Below, in pieces: positions 44,684 through 55,814 of a DNA stretch of 64,000 bases; the first letter of the stretch is position 1, and each line of letters starts with the position of its first letter. Source of the stretch: Myxococcota bacterium (GTDB taxonomy: Bacteria > Myxococcota_A > Polyangia > Nannocystales > Nannocystaceae); assembly GCA_039028615.1 (NCBI GenBank), contig JBCCHT010000024.1:32001-96000 (forward strand), given 5' to 3'. Below the pieces are notes generated by a model. The model searched no databases. It was given only the letters and a program-made list of their open reading frames with translations, and was not told where the DNA came from. The position numbers and the translations under genes were made by a program.

Positions 44684-45796
44684 ATGACAATCAACGTCGC
44701 TCCCATGGCGTCCGAGGCCGAGAATTCTCGCGATTTGCGCGCATTTGGGGAAGAGATCGACGCGGTCCGAGCCCGATTCGAAGCCCAGTTCGGTGCTCCC
44801 GACGTCGCCTACATCAAGCGAGTCGCCCGCTTTTCCCGAGTGATGGAAGTCCTCGGTCGCGGGCTCATTCACTTCAGCTTCGAGCCCATCACCTTCGGGC
44901 TCGGGGTGCTCTCGCTGGCCATCCACAAGCAACTGCACGGGGCCGAGGTCGGCCACACCGTGCTGCACGGTGCGTTCGACAAGCTCCCCGACGCGGAGGG
45001 CTACCGCAGCAAGGACTACTGGTGGGAGACACCCATCGACGAGCGCAGCTGGCACGCGGGCCACAACATCCGCCATCACCAGTACACCAACGTCGCGGGC
45101 AAGGACCCCGACTGTCGGTACGGCACGGTACGGCTCAACCACCACGTCGAGCACCGCCCCGAGAACAACCACCAAGAGCTTCACCCGCTGTTCATCTGGC
45201 CGAGCTTCACCTTCAACATGGCGATGCACTTCAGCGGGATGATCGACCTCTATACCCGCAAGCCGGGGGAGTACGACGTCATCGAAGATCGTAGCTGGGC
45301 GACGATCAAGCAGACGCATCGCCGGGCGCTGCGCAAGGCGGTGCCCTACTACGCGAAGGAGTACGTCCTCTTTCCGCTGCTCGCCGGCCCGATGTTCTGG
45401 AAGGTCATCCTCGGCAACTGGATGGCCGAGGTCCTGCGCAGCGTGTACTCGGCGGCGACCATCTTCTGCGGCCACGTGGGGGAGGACGTCAACGCCTACG
45501 CGTCGCAGACCAAGGCTCGAGGCCGGGCGCAGTGGTATGCGATGCAGGTCGAGGCGGCCAACAACTTCGAGGTGCCGCTGCCGATCTCGATCCTGTGCGG
45601 GACCCTCGACCGACAGATCGAGCACCACCTGTTCCCCAAGTGGCCGACCAATCGCCTGCGCGAGGTCTCGCCCGAGATCCGGGCGATCTGCGAGCGACAC
45701 GGGGTGCGCTACCGAACCGCCTCGTGGGGCACGGTGCTGCGGGGTGTCTTCCGGCAGCTCCGTGCGCTGGGTCGACCCACCCTGGCGCAGTCGTAG
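44684..45796 (+). CDS. membrane fatty acid (acyl-CoA) desaturase, DesA3-like
   Basis: His boxes GHTVLHG, HNIRHHQYTN and QIEHHLFP. Confidence 0.93.
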   Translation: MTINVAPMASEAENSRDLRAFGEEIDAVRARFEAQFGAPDVAYIKRVARFSRVMEVLGRGLIHFSFEPITFGLGVLSLAIHKQLHGAEVGHTVLHGAFDKLPDAEGYRSKDYWWETPIDERSWHAGHNIRHHQYTNVAGKDPDCRYGTVRLNHHVEHRPENNHQELHPLFIWPSFTFNMAMHFSGMIDLYTRKPGEYDVIEDRSWATIKQTHRRALRKAVPYYAKEYVLFPLLAGPMFWKVILGNWMAEVLRSVYSAATIFCGHVGEDVNAYASQTKARGRAQWYAMQVEAANNFEVPLPISILCGTLDRQIEHHLFPKWPTNRLREVSPEIRAICERHGVRYRTASWGTVLRGVFRQLRALGRPTLAQS

Positions 45797-45808
45797 GCGC
45801 GCCCGGGC

Positions 45809-47389
<1,581 letters not shown>

Positions 47390-47533
47390 GGGGAACCTCG
47401 GGGCGGAACCCGCACGCCATAGCACCCCTTGCTACGCCATGTGCCGAATCGGCGATGGCGCGACTGCCCCGTTCGCTCACATCACGGGGCGGTCTCTCGG
47501 TCCACGTACCCGTAAAACGGGCGTTGGACCCGC

Positions 47534-49624
47534 TCAGTTGCAGACGTCGGGGGTCTGTTCGCCCCGCCCGCATTGCCCCAGGTCGGGGAAGCTGCACACG
47601 CCGTCGGGGCAATGGTTGGTGATGACACCCGTCCGCAGGAACTCGTCGATTTGCTGGCGGGCCGAAGGCAGCCGGCGCAGGTCGCCGTGCGGGTCGTCGC
47701 AGGCGGTCTGCGGAAGGTTGCAGACCGGGTCCTCGGGCAAGCCGAAGTCGTACTCGACCAGCGCCGAGCCCTCGTGGCTCCCGGTGGCCGTCTCGAAGCC
47801 CCAAATCTCGCGGAGGCCCGAGTCGAGGTGCACGGCGCCGACCGACCGGGCCATGTGATGCGCCCCGAGAGTCGTGACCTGGTGGTCGCCCAGCGCGGCG
47901 GTCATCAGCACTTCGTGGGCCATGGTGCCGGGCAGCGGATCGCGAATGCGGTGGCTATAGCCGGCCGGCTCGGCCCGGTCCCAGAGGATCTGGAGCACGC
48001 CCAGCACGTAGGCGAGGTCGACCGGGTCGGGGAAGCGCACGCGCATCAGGTCGAAGAAGGGGTCGAAGTCTACGCTGCGGGTCAGCAGGGTGTTGTAGGG
48101 CTGGCCCAGCACGTCCAGCACGCCGCGCTCCACCTCGGTGGTGGTGGCCATGTAGACCCCGCCCAAGATGCCGCCTTGGCTGATGCCGTAGTAGTAGCGC
48201 TGGTCGGCATCGATGAGGCCCATCAGCAGGGGGTCGTTGGCGAGGCCGTATCGAGCGACGCGCATCGCGAGCAGCTGGTTGAGCGCGCCCTGCTGCATGC
48301 GGTCGGTCATGTGGGCGAGGCCTTCGGTGTTGCCCTCGGTCACCGTCGCCGCGATGAACAGCTGGTCGATGCCCGCCATCCCGATCCAGTCCACGCCGAA
48401 GACGGCGTAGTTGTAGGTGGTGGCTATCTCGCGGAAGTGGCTGCCCTCGATCTGTGAGCCGGAGCCCAGCAGGCCGTGTCCATGCTGCATGAGCGGGGCG
48501 GGCTCGGTCATGGCGGACTCGGGGATGATCATCCAAAAGGGCACCTCCATGGTGCCGTTGACGGTGGGGGTGCCGTCCGCGTCTCGGTTGATTCGCGAGG
48601 CGTTGGGGGCCGGATCCACGAGATAGAGCGGCACCTCCATGGTGCCCTCGATTCGGTAGGTAATGCCCTCGTTCCAGTCCGTTTCGGCGATGTCGATGGT
48701 GTAGGGCGGGAAGCCCTCGTCGCCGAGGTCGGCGAAGACCTCGTCGCGCATCTGGAGGACCTGGCCCGTGATGCTCTCGTCGCTGCCCGTGTGGAAGTCC
48801 CAGGCGATCTGGAGGTCGGCTCGAGCTACGCCCGCGTCTGCGAGGCGGTAGAAGATGTCGCCGTACAGCTCGCGGCGAGCCTCGATGGAGTCGTCGTCGG
48901 GATACTCGGTGCCGTCGCGCAGGGCCGCGAAGGCGGGCGAGGCGGGCAGGGGCTCGCCCGCGGCATCGACCACGTTGCGCAGCGCCACGATGTAGCGGCG
49001 ACCGGCCGGCAAGCGCGTGGCGGGGCGAATGAAGATCGAGCGACGCTCGGGGTCCATGCCGCTGAAGTCGAGCTCGGACCAGTGGGCGATGTGCTCGCCG
49101 GTCTCCGCGTCGATCAGCACGATGGGCGAGTCGTCGGCCAGCGACGCGCCGATGTCCAGGTGCGTGGGGAACCCGGTCTCGGTCGCGCCCTCCAGGAACA
49201 CCATGACCGCGGAGCTGGGCGAGAACCCATCGGAGTAGCTCCAGGGCTCGTTGTCGCCGTTGGTGAAGATGTCGACCGGAATCTGCAGGCGGCGCCCGGT
49301 GGGCGTGTTCGCGTCGGCGACGGTGAACACGTTCGAGGGAAACGGGAACGCGCAGTAGTCTGCAGCGATGGGATCGCAGTCGAGGGTCGGCCACTCGAGC
49401 TCTTCGGGATCGAGAGGGCTGCCGCCGTCGCTACTGCCACCGCCATCGGTGGTGTCTCCGGTATCGTCGACCGCCGCGGTCGTGCCGGGATCGCTGCCAG
49501 TACTGCCGGTCGAGGCCGTTCCGGTCGAGCCTCCGCTCGAGGAAGGGAGGTCGTCGCCACATCCCGCGACGGCCAGCGCGAGGAGCGAGCAGCCCGCGAT
49601 CGTTCGATAAGCCGAGGTCACCAT
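47534..49624 (-). CDS. alpha/beta-hydrolase-fold lipoprotein with N-terminal Ig-like domain (lipase-like)
   Basis: Lipobox VAGC, PFPSN, DGFSP, HGHGLLG, nucleophile elbow GISQGG and DPHG. Confidence 0.78.
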   Translation of the reverse strand: MVTSAYRTIAGCSLLALAVAGCGDDLPSSSGGSTGTASTGSTGSDPGTTAAVDDTGDTTDGGGSSDGGSPLDPEELEWPTLDCDPIAADYCAFPFPSNVFTVADANTPTGRRLQIPVDIFTNGDNEPWSYSDGFSPSSAVMVFLEGATETGFPTHLDIGASLADDSPIVLIDAETGEHIAHWSELDFSGMDPERRSIFIRPATRLPAGRRYIVALRNVVDAAGEPLPASPAFAALRDGTEYPDDDSIEARRELYGDIFYRLADAGVARADLQIAWDFHTGSDESITGQVLQMRDEVFADLGDEGFPPYTIDIAETDWNEGITYRIEGTMEVPLYLVDPAPNASRINRDADGTPTVNGTMEVPFWMIIPESAMTEPAPLMQHGHGLLGSGSQIEGSHFREIATTYNYAVFGVDWIGMAGIDQLFIAATVTEGNTEGLAHMTDRMQQGALNQLLAMRVARYGLANDPLLMGLIDADQRYYYGISQGGILGGVYMATTTEVERGVLDVLGQPYNTLLTRSVDFDPFFDLMRVRFPDPVDLAYVLGVLQILWDRAEPAGYSHRIRDPLPGTMAHEVLMTAALGDHQVTTLGAHHMARSVGAVHLDSGLREIWGFETATGSHEGSALVEYDFGLPEDPVCNLPQTACDDPHGDLRRLPSARQQIDEFLRTGVITNHCPDGVCSFPDLGQCGRGEQTPDVCN

Positions 49625-49817
49625 GCCCTCAGTTGTACCTGTGAACGTCGGGGATTACCCCGCTGCCGCCGCAGGGAACGATCACTACCGCGCAAACGTG
49701 TGTGTTTCGTAACAATGCTTCGCGGGCTGCCGTGTTGTTTTCACGGAGGCCCGGTGATGTGGGGCAACCCACTTCTTAGGCATTTCGAGTAAAGTACGGG
49801 GCAGGCTGGGGGAAGCC

Positions 49818-52703
49818 TTGGGGACAGAGGGTCTACGGGATACGAGAATCCGCACGACGTGCGATGCTCGGGCGCCAGAGTCCAGTGATTCGGGAGAACC
49901 CGAGTTACTCGAGTCGGGCGCGACCGTCGGCCGTTACCTGATCCTCGACGTTCTCGGCTCCGGTGGCATGAGCGTCGTCTACGGCGCCTACGATCCGCAG
50001 CTCGATCGTCGCGTCGCGCTCAAGCTGATGCGGACCGCCGACGACGGTCGTCTCCGACAGCACGTCCGTGATCGCCTGATGCGAGAGGGGCAGGCGCTCG
50101 CTCGCCTCGCCCATCCCAACGTCGTGGCGGTGCACGACGTCGGCATGCTCGCCGACCAGGTCTTCGTCGCGATGGAGTACGTCGAGGGCCAGACGCTGGC
50201 GGAGTGGCTCGACGACGAGCACTCGCGCGACGATGTGCTCGAGGTGTTCCGTCACGCGGGCGAAGGCCTGGCCGCGGCCCACGCCGAAGGGCTGGTGCAC
50301 CGCGACTTCAAGCCGGCCAACGTGATGATCGACCCCAGCGGTCGCGTGCGCGTGGTGGACTTCGGCCTGGCTCGGCCCAGCGGTGCGCAGTCCAGCGACG
50401 TGGTCGGCGGTGACTCCGACTTGATGGCGGTTCGAACCGCGCTCAGCGGAGACGGGGCCCAGAGCACCGATGCGTTGGGCGTGCCGCTGACGGTGACTGG
50501 CGCGGTGATGGGGACGCCGGCGTACATGGCCCCCGAGCAGCACAGCGGCGGCCGCAGCGGTCCGGCCACCGATCAGTTCGCGTTTTGTGTGGCGCTGTTC
50601 GAGGCGCTGTACGGCCGCCGGCCCTTTGCCGGCCGAAGCCGCGCCGAGCTGCGGGCCAACGTGCTGCACGGGCGCCTGCGAGAGCCGCCCCGCCGCCGCG
50701 ACGTTCCTCGTCGATTGCGGCGGGCCATCCTCCGGGGCTTGTCGGTGCACCCGATGCATCGTTGGCCATCGATGCGGGCGCTGCTGGCCGAGCTTCAGCA
50801 CGTACCTCGGGCGCAGCGTCGACGCCGAGTGGCGGTGGTCGTGGCCGTGCTGGGGGTCGGTGCCATCCCGCTGAGCAACAGCGCGCTGCTGGGGAGCGAC
50901 CCGGGGGCCTGCGTCGAAGCGCTGTCGATGACCGGGGTGTGGGACGAGGCTCGCCACGCTGCGCTGGCCAAGCGCATGAGCGCGAGCGAGGTCCCGTGGG
51001 TCGCCGAGGCGTGGCCCGACATCGCGGCTCGCCTCGACACGCACGCCGATCGATGGACCCGCGCTCGCGATGCGGTCTGCGAGATCGAGCCCGAACCTTC
51101 CATGGCCCAGCTCGATTGCCTTCGCGACGAGCGGACACACATGGGCGAGGTGCTCGCGGTGCTCGGGCAAGGGGGACCCGACGCGGTTCAGCTGGCCTAC
51201 GAGCGTCTGTCCGCGATGCCGGATCCCTGGAGCTGCGGTGACTCGGACTCCACCGAAGCACAGATCGCCGAAGTCGCTCCGACGGTCGCCGACCTGCGGC
51301 AGCAGCTGATGGATCTGCAGATCCAGCTCGCCGCCGTGGATGCCCGTGCCGTGCCCGAGCACAGCATGGGGCTGTTGGCGGCGGCCGAAGAATCGGGGGA
51401 CCAGGGGCTCGAGGCCGAGGCGTGGTTGCTGCACGGCCGGGTGCTCATGGCGGCGGAGCGCTGGGACGACGCCGAGCCGGCCCTGGAGCGAGCGTGGCGT
51501 CGAGCAATCTCGGCGCAGGACGACGCCACCGCCTTCTCGGCCGCCCTCGCCCTCGTGCACGTGAGCTCGGCGAAAGGGCGCAGCCGTGATGCGCTCGGTT
51601 GGGTCCGCGACGCGGCGGCCTTCGAAGCGCGCGGCGGGCAGGGGCCCTTGGATCGAGCGCGGCTTCGGGTGGCCGAGGCGCTCGCCGACCGTGGCCGAGG
51701 GGAGACCGACCTGGCGCGGCAGCGGCTGAACGAAGCGCTGGACGTTCGCCGCTCGATCTTGGGCGCGGGCTCGCCGGGCGTGGCCGAAGTTCGGCTCCAG
51801 CTCGGTGCGCTCGAGCGAGCCGAGGGACGCACGTCCGAGGCGGTGATGCATTACCGGGAAGCCAAGGCGGCGCTCGAGCGGAGCCTCGGCCCGGAGGATC
51901 ATCGCGTCATCGAGCTCGAGCTGCGCCTGGGCGAGGCCCTGCTCGCGGCGGGCGACACCCAGCCCGCCCAAGAGGCCCTCGGGCGAGGCTTGGCGACGGC
52001 TCGTCGAGTGTTTGCCACCAATGCACCGCAGCTGGTCGGTGCGCTGCTCGAGGCGGCCGAAATTCATCGCGCGCTCGGCCTCGTCGAAGACGCCGAGTCG
52101 CTGCATCGCGAGGCCGAGTTCGTCGCGCGGGCCCGGCTCGAGCCGCGTGACCCTCGCTTGGCGCGTGCCGTGTTCCGCCGGGCCGTCGATCTGCGCCGTC
52201 GCGATGAGCTGGAAGACGCCGAGACGCTGCTGCGAGAGGCGCTGGAGCTCGAGCGGGCGGCGGGACCCCATCATCCTCGAGTGGCAGCGGTGCTCGACGA
52301 GCTGGCCCGGGTTCGACGCGCGCGCGGTGAGCCGAAGGACGCGCTCGCGTTGTCCCGCGCGGCCGAGTCGATCTGGCGAGCCGAACCCGATGCCGCTGCC
52401 GGACTCGCGCAGTCGTTGGTGCTCGCCGCCTGGTCGCTGCTCGACGACGACGATCCGGGCATGGCGCTGGCCAAGCTCGATCAGGCGCTGGCGATCATCG
52501 AGCGTCGACGAATCCCCGGCCCGCTCGAGGCGCGGGCGCGGTTGCTGAGGGCACGCGGACTCTTGGCCGTCGACCCGGACTCGGTGCTCGCTCGTCGCGA
52601 GGCCCGAGCCGCGGCGGCGCATCTCGATGCGCTGCGAACGACCCACGCCACGCTGCGCGACGAGGTCGACCGCTGGCTGAGTGCGCACGACGACCAGCCC
52701 TGA
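49818..52703 (+). CDS. Ser/Thr protein kinase with TM segment and TPR repeats
   Basis: LGSGGMSVVY, VALK, HRDFKPAN, DFGLA, GTPAYMAPE and C-terminal TPRs. Confidence 0.93.
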   Translation: MGTEGLRDTRIRTTCDARAPESSDSGEPELLESGATVGRYLILDVLGSGGMSVVYGAYDPQLDRRVALKLMRTADDGRLRQHVRDRLMREGQALARLAHPNVVAVHDVGMLADQVFVAMEYVEGQTLAEWLDDEHSRDDVLEVFRHAGEGLAAAHAEGLVHRDFKPANVMIDPSGRVRVVDFGLARPSGAQSSDVVGGDSDLMAVRTALSGDGAQSTDALGVPLTVTGAVMGTPAYMAPEQHSGGRSGPATDQFAFCVALFEALYGRRPFAGRSRAELRANVLHGRLREPPRRRDVPRRLRRAILRGLSVHPMHRWPSMRALLAELQHVPRAQRRRRVAVVVAVLGVGAIPLSNSALLGSDPGACVEALSMTGVWDEARHAALAKRMSASEVPWVAEAWPDIAARLDTHADRWTRARDAVCEIEPEPSMAQLDCLRDERTHMGEVLAVLGQGGPDAVQLAYERLSAMPDPWSCGDSDSTEAQIAEVAPTVADLRQQLMDLQIQLAAVDARAVPEHSMGLLAAAEESGDQGLEAEAWLLHGRVLMAAERWDDAEPALERAWRRAISAQDDATAFSAALALVHVSSAKGRSRDALGWVRDAAAFEARGGQGPLDRARLRVAEALADRGRGETDLARQRLNEALDVRRSILGAGSPGVAEVRLQLGALERAEGRTSEAVMHYREAKAALERSLGPEDHRVIELELRLGEALLAAGDTQPAQEALGRGLATARRVFATNAPQLVGALLEAAEIHRALGLVEDAESLHREAEFVARARLEPRDPRLARAVFRRAVDLRRRDELEDAETLLREALELERAAGPHHPRVAAVLDELARVRRARGEPKDALALSRAAESIWRAEPDAAAGLAQSLVLAAWSLLDDDDPGMALAKLDQALAIIERRRIPGPLEARARLLRARGLLAVDPDSVLARREARAAAAHLDALRTTHATLRDEVDRWLSAHDDQP

Positions 52704-52716
52704 AAATCCGAGCGCC

Positions 52717-53598
52717 TCAGCGGCGCACGACGACGCTCGTGGCGACGGCCTGACTCCAGACGTTGCCGCGGTTCCACAGCTCAGTGTCGGAACCATCGCA
52801 GTGGATGGGGCGGTACCCGAGTTTTGTTGCCAAGTAGACGTCGCCCTCGTCGCTACGGATGGTCAATGGACCTCCATCGAACCTCTCTACGAGCTGGCCT
52901 CGGGCATCGAGGGCCGATACGCCCGTGAGCGCCAGGCACTCGAACTCGTCGTAGGGGTCTGGAAGGAGTTCGTCGTCGATGCAGGGCTCTGGGAATCGCG
53001 CCGCTCCCAGTTCCAGGGCCGATATGCGCAGGTCGTCGGTCTTCTGGAGCAGCATGGTCTCGCCGCGCTGCACTCTCATGCTGTACACGGCCTCGTCGCC
53101 GTGGGTGTGACGGGGCCCGAGCTCGCGGAAGTAAGAGAGCGTGAGGGGGTCGTCGCCCAGATCGATGCCGAGCCCCGAGACCACGAGTTCGACCGTGCCG
53201 CCCTTTTCAAAGGGCGCTTCGTTGTCGACGCAGGTGAGCGTGATGGTGGTGACGAGCGTCTCCGTGCTGTCGTCGATGTGACTGGTCGAGACGCTGCAGC
53301 CCAGCTCGGCCGTGAAGTTGTTGGCCCAGGGAGATTCTTCGACCACCTCGGCGACACCGCGGTTGGGGTCGGAGATGGAGAAGCTATTGGCCGGCTCGGG
53401 GCAAGCCGGGATGCCGTCCGCTTCCGTTTCTTCCTCGGGTTCTCCGGGTTCATCGCCCGTGGAGGGGTCTGGTTCGTCGTCGGTGTCTTCGGCGCTGCTC
53501 CCGGGCAGGGGATCGGGGCCGGGGTCGCAGCCGGCGAGGAGCGCTCCGCACACAGCGGCCAGCGCCCAAGGACGCCTGTAGTCTTTGAAATAAGCCAT
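52717..53598 (-). CDS. hypothetical lipoprotein
   Basis: Lipobox LAGC and acidic Pro-rich linker; no recognised domain. Confidence 0.7.
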   Translation of the reverse strand: MAYFKDYRRPWALAAVCGALLAGCDPGPDPLPGSSAEDTDDEPDPSTGDEPGEPEEETEADGIPACPEPANSFSISDPNRGVAEVVEESPWANNFTAELGCSVSTSHIDDSTETLVTTITLTCVDNEAPFEKGGTVELVVSGLGIDLGDDPLTLSYFRELGPRHTHGDEAVYSMRVQRGETMLLQKTDDLRISALELGAARFPEPCIDDELLPDPYDEFECLALTGVSALDARGQLVERFDGGPLTIRSDEGDVYLATKLGYRPIHCDGSDTELWNRGNVWSQAVATSVVVRR

Positions 53599-53750
53599 GG
53601 TGAGCCACGAGTCGCGACCGCAGCGGATTCGATCGGTTTGAAACGCGATGAAAGGTCGTCGCCCCGCCGTGGGCGCGTTTTCGGTAGAATTGAGGGCGAA
53701 ACGGCATTCTTCGAGCCGATCTTGGCTCGTCGTTCGCTCTAGCTTCTCAG

Positions 53751-55265
53751 ATGCGTCGCTCATCGTTCCCCCCGGCATCGATCTGTTTGTGCGCTGCGCT
53801 GTTGTGCGCGAGTGCGTGCGGGCCGAGCATCGTTCCCGAGGGCGACGGCACGGGGGGCGACGATCTCCCGCTGACCTCGACCTCGGCCGCGACCCCCGGG
53901 GAAGACGAGACCTCGGTCCCGGAGCCCATCGACGATGTCGAGCACGGTGACGTCGGCGAGCCCGAGTGCACGGGGACCCCGGATTGCCCGCTGTCGCTCG
54001 ACGTCCTGGTGGTCGTGGACAACTCGAACACCATGGCGGGCCAGCAGGCGCTGCTGAACTCCACGATGGTGCAGCTCGGCCGACAGCTGACCGAGATCGA
54101 AGATCTCGATGGCAACCCGCTGGTCATCGACAACCACGTCATGGTGACGACCACGGACCTGTCCAATCCGCTATGCGAGCCCTTCACGCCGGCGGGCTAC
54201 GAGCCCGCCGCCGGGTCTCCCGTCTCGACGGCGTGCACGGACCGCTTGGAGCACTTCACCGCCGCTTCGGGTGACCCCTCGATCCCCGAGGCGTGCACGG
54301 ATATCTGCCCGCAGGGGGTGGCCCCGGACGGGCCCTTCGTCATTTTTGGTGCCGACGAGTCGAACCTCCCCGACGTCGAGCCCATCGACGTCGATGGCGA
54401 TGGTGAGTCGGACTCCCCGGCGTCTCAGGCCCTGGCATGCCTGGGCGCGGTGGGGATCAGCGGCTGCGGCTACGAGTCACCGCTCGAGGCGATGCGGCGA
54501 GCGCTCGATCCGGGGGCCGCGCACAACCTCGGGCCCGATGCCTTCCTGCGCCCGAACTCGATCCTCGCCATCATCATCATCACCGACGAACTCGATTGCT
54601 CGGTCCAAGACGAGTCGCTCATGGAGGACCCGTCGGCGTGGAGCGTCGATCCCGACCTGGGCATGCCCTTCCCCTCCTCGGCGCTGTGCTGGAACGCGGG
54701 GGTGGAGTGCGAGGGCCCCAATGCGCAAGGCGAGTACGGTAACTGCGTTTCGATCGCAGACGGGCGGCTGCACACCGTCGATGGCTACGTCGAGTTCCTG
54801 AACACGCAGCTGGGGGCGGTGACGGACCGCGACGTGTTCATGTTGCCCATCGTCGGGGTGCCCGTGGTCCTGGCCCACAACGCCAACCCGCCCTTCGAAC
54901 CAATCGCAGGCGGGGCGCCGGATATGGTCTATCGCGACTGGGTCGATGCCCCGTTCCCCGCAGGTGATCTGTCCGAGGAGGACCTGGCCGAAGGCATCGA
55001 CGCGGACGACAAGCGCTTCGAGTACGGCATCGGCCCCGGTTGTTCGACCTTCGGAAACCCGCCGACCACCCTGCGCCAAGGCATTGCGCCGCGCCGGATG
55101 CTGGATGTTTGCCAGAGCCTCAACTCCAAGGATGGAGAGGGGCAGGAACGGATTCGGTGCTGCGTGGAGTCGATCTGCGACGACAGCCCCCGCGGCACGA
55201 TGAATTGCCTGAGCGGGATGGTGGGGTCGCAGTACGGCTCTCTCAGCCCCCTCCCCAAGGGCTGA
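53751..55265 (+). CDS. vWA-domain Cys-rich lipoprotein (CglB-like myxobacterial family)
   Basis: Lipobox ASAC, MIDAS-like DVLVVVDNSNTM, GCGYESPLEA and FLRPNSILAIIIITDELDCS. Confidence 0.8.
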   Translation: MRRSSFPPASICLCAALLCASACGPSIVPEGDGTGGDDLPLTSTSAATPGEDETSVPEPIDDVEHGDVGEPECTGTPDCPLSLDVLVVVDNSNTMAGQQALLNSTMVQLGRQLTEIEDLDGNPLVIDNHVMVTTTDLSNPLCEPFTPAGYEPAAGSPVSTACTDRLEHFTAASGDPSIPEACTDICPQGVAPDGPFVIFGADESNLPDVEPIDVDGDGESDSPASQALACLGAVGISGCGYESPLEAMRRALDPGAAHNLGPDAFLRPNSILAIIIITDELDCSVQDESLMEDPSAWSVDPDLGMPFPSSALCWNAGVECEGPNAQGEYGNCVSIADGRLHTVDGYVEFLNTQLGAVTDRDVFMLPIVGVPVVLAHNANPPFEPIAGGAPDMVYRDWVDAPFPAGDLSEEDLAEGIDADDKRFEYGIGPGCSTFGNPPTTLRQGIAPRRMLDVCQSLNSKDGEGQERIRCCVESICDDSPRGTMNCLSGMVGSQYGSLSPLPKG

Positions 55266-55284
55266 GGCCCACGCTCACGGGCGC

Positions 55285-55743
55285 CTAGCGCTTCGGCAAG
55301 AGGCCGTCGAGTGGGTTCTTGCGCTCGGGAGCGGGCGGCGGCGGAGCCCCCGACTCGTCGAGGATGCCGACGATGGCAATCTCGCCCGGGTCCTCGGCGT
55401 CGTAGCGAATGTCCAGCTTGGCCCCGCGGACGTAGGTTTGCAGCTGGATGGCATCGAAGACCTCGTACACGATGGCTCGGTAGGCCTCGCCCTCCTTCGG
55501 CACGACCTCGAGGGTGAGCTTGATCTCCGGGTTGCGGTTGTACCGGTTCCCCGTGTCGACCAGCTCGACGATGGTCGCGGTGGCGGGCTGGCCCGTGGCG
55601 CGCAACTTCTTGGCGCGCTCGGCCGCGCAGAACTGGCTGCCGAACACGATGCTGACCGCGAAGATCGCGATCGTGAACACCACCAGCGGAACGAAGCGGG
55701 CGGGGTTGTCTTTGTTGGACGCGGCGCGGTCGGACTCGGACAT
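55285..55743 (-). CDS. small membrane protein, DUF3592-like OB domain
   Basis: TM helix, then TGQPATATIV...IRYDAEDP. Confidence 0.7.
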   Translation of the reverse strand: MSESDRAASNKDNPARFVPLVVFTIAIFAVSIVFGSQFCAAERAKKLRATGQPATATIVELVDTGNRYNRNPEIKLTLEVVPKEGEAYRAIVYEVFDAIQLQTYVRGAKLDIRYDAEDPGEIAIVGILDESGAPPPPAPERKNPLDGLLPKR

Positions 55744-55814
55744 GATTCGGGTGCTCGGCGTAGATGTTCCCACGCCGACGCGCCCGGATCACTGGAGCCC
55801 AAAATGGCCCGCGC

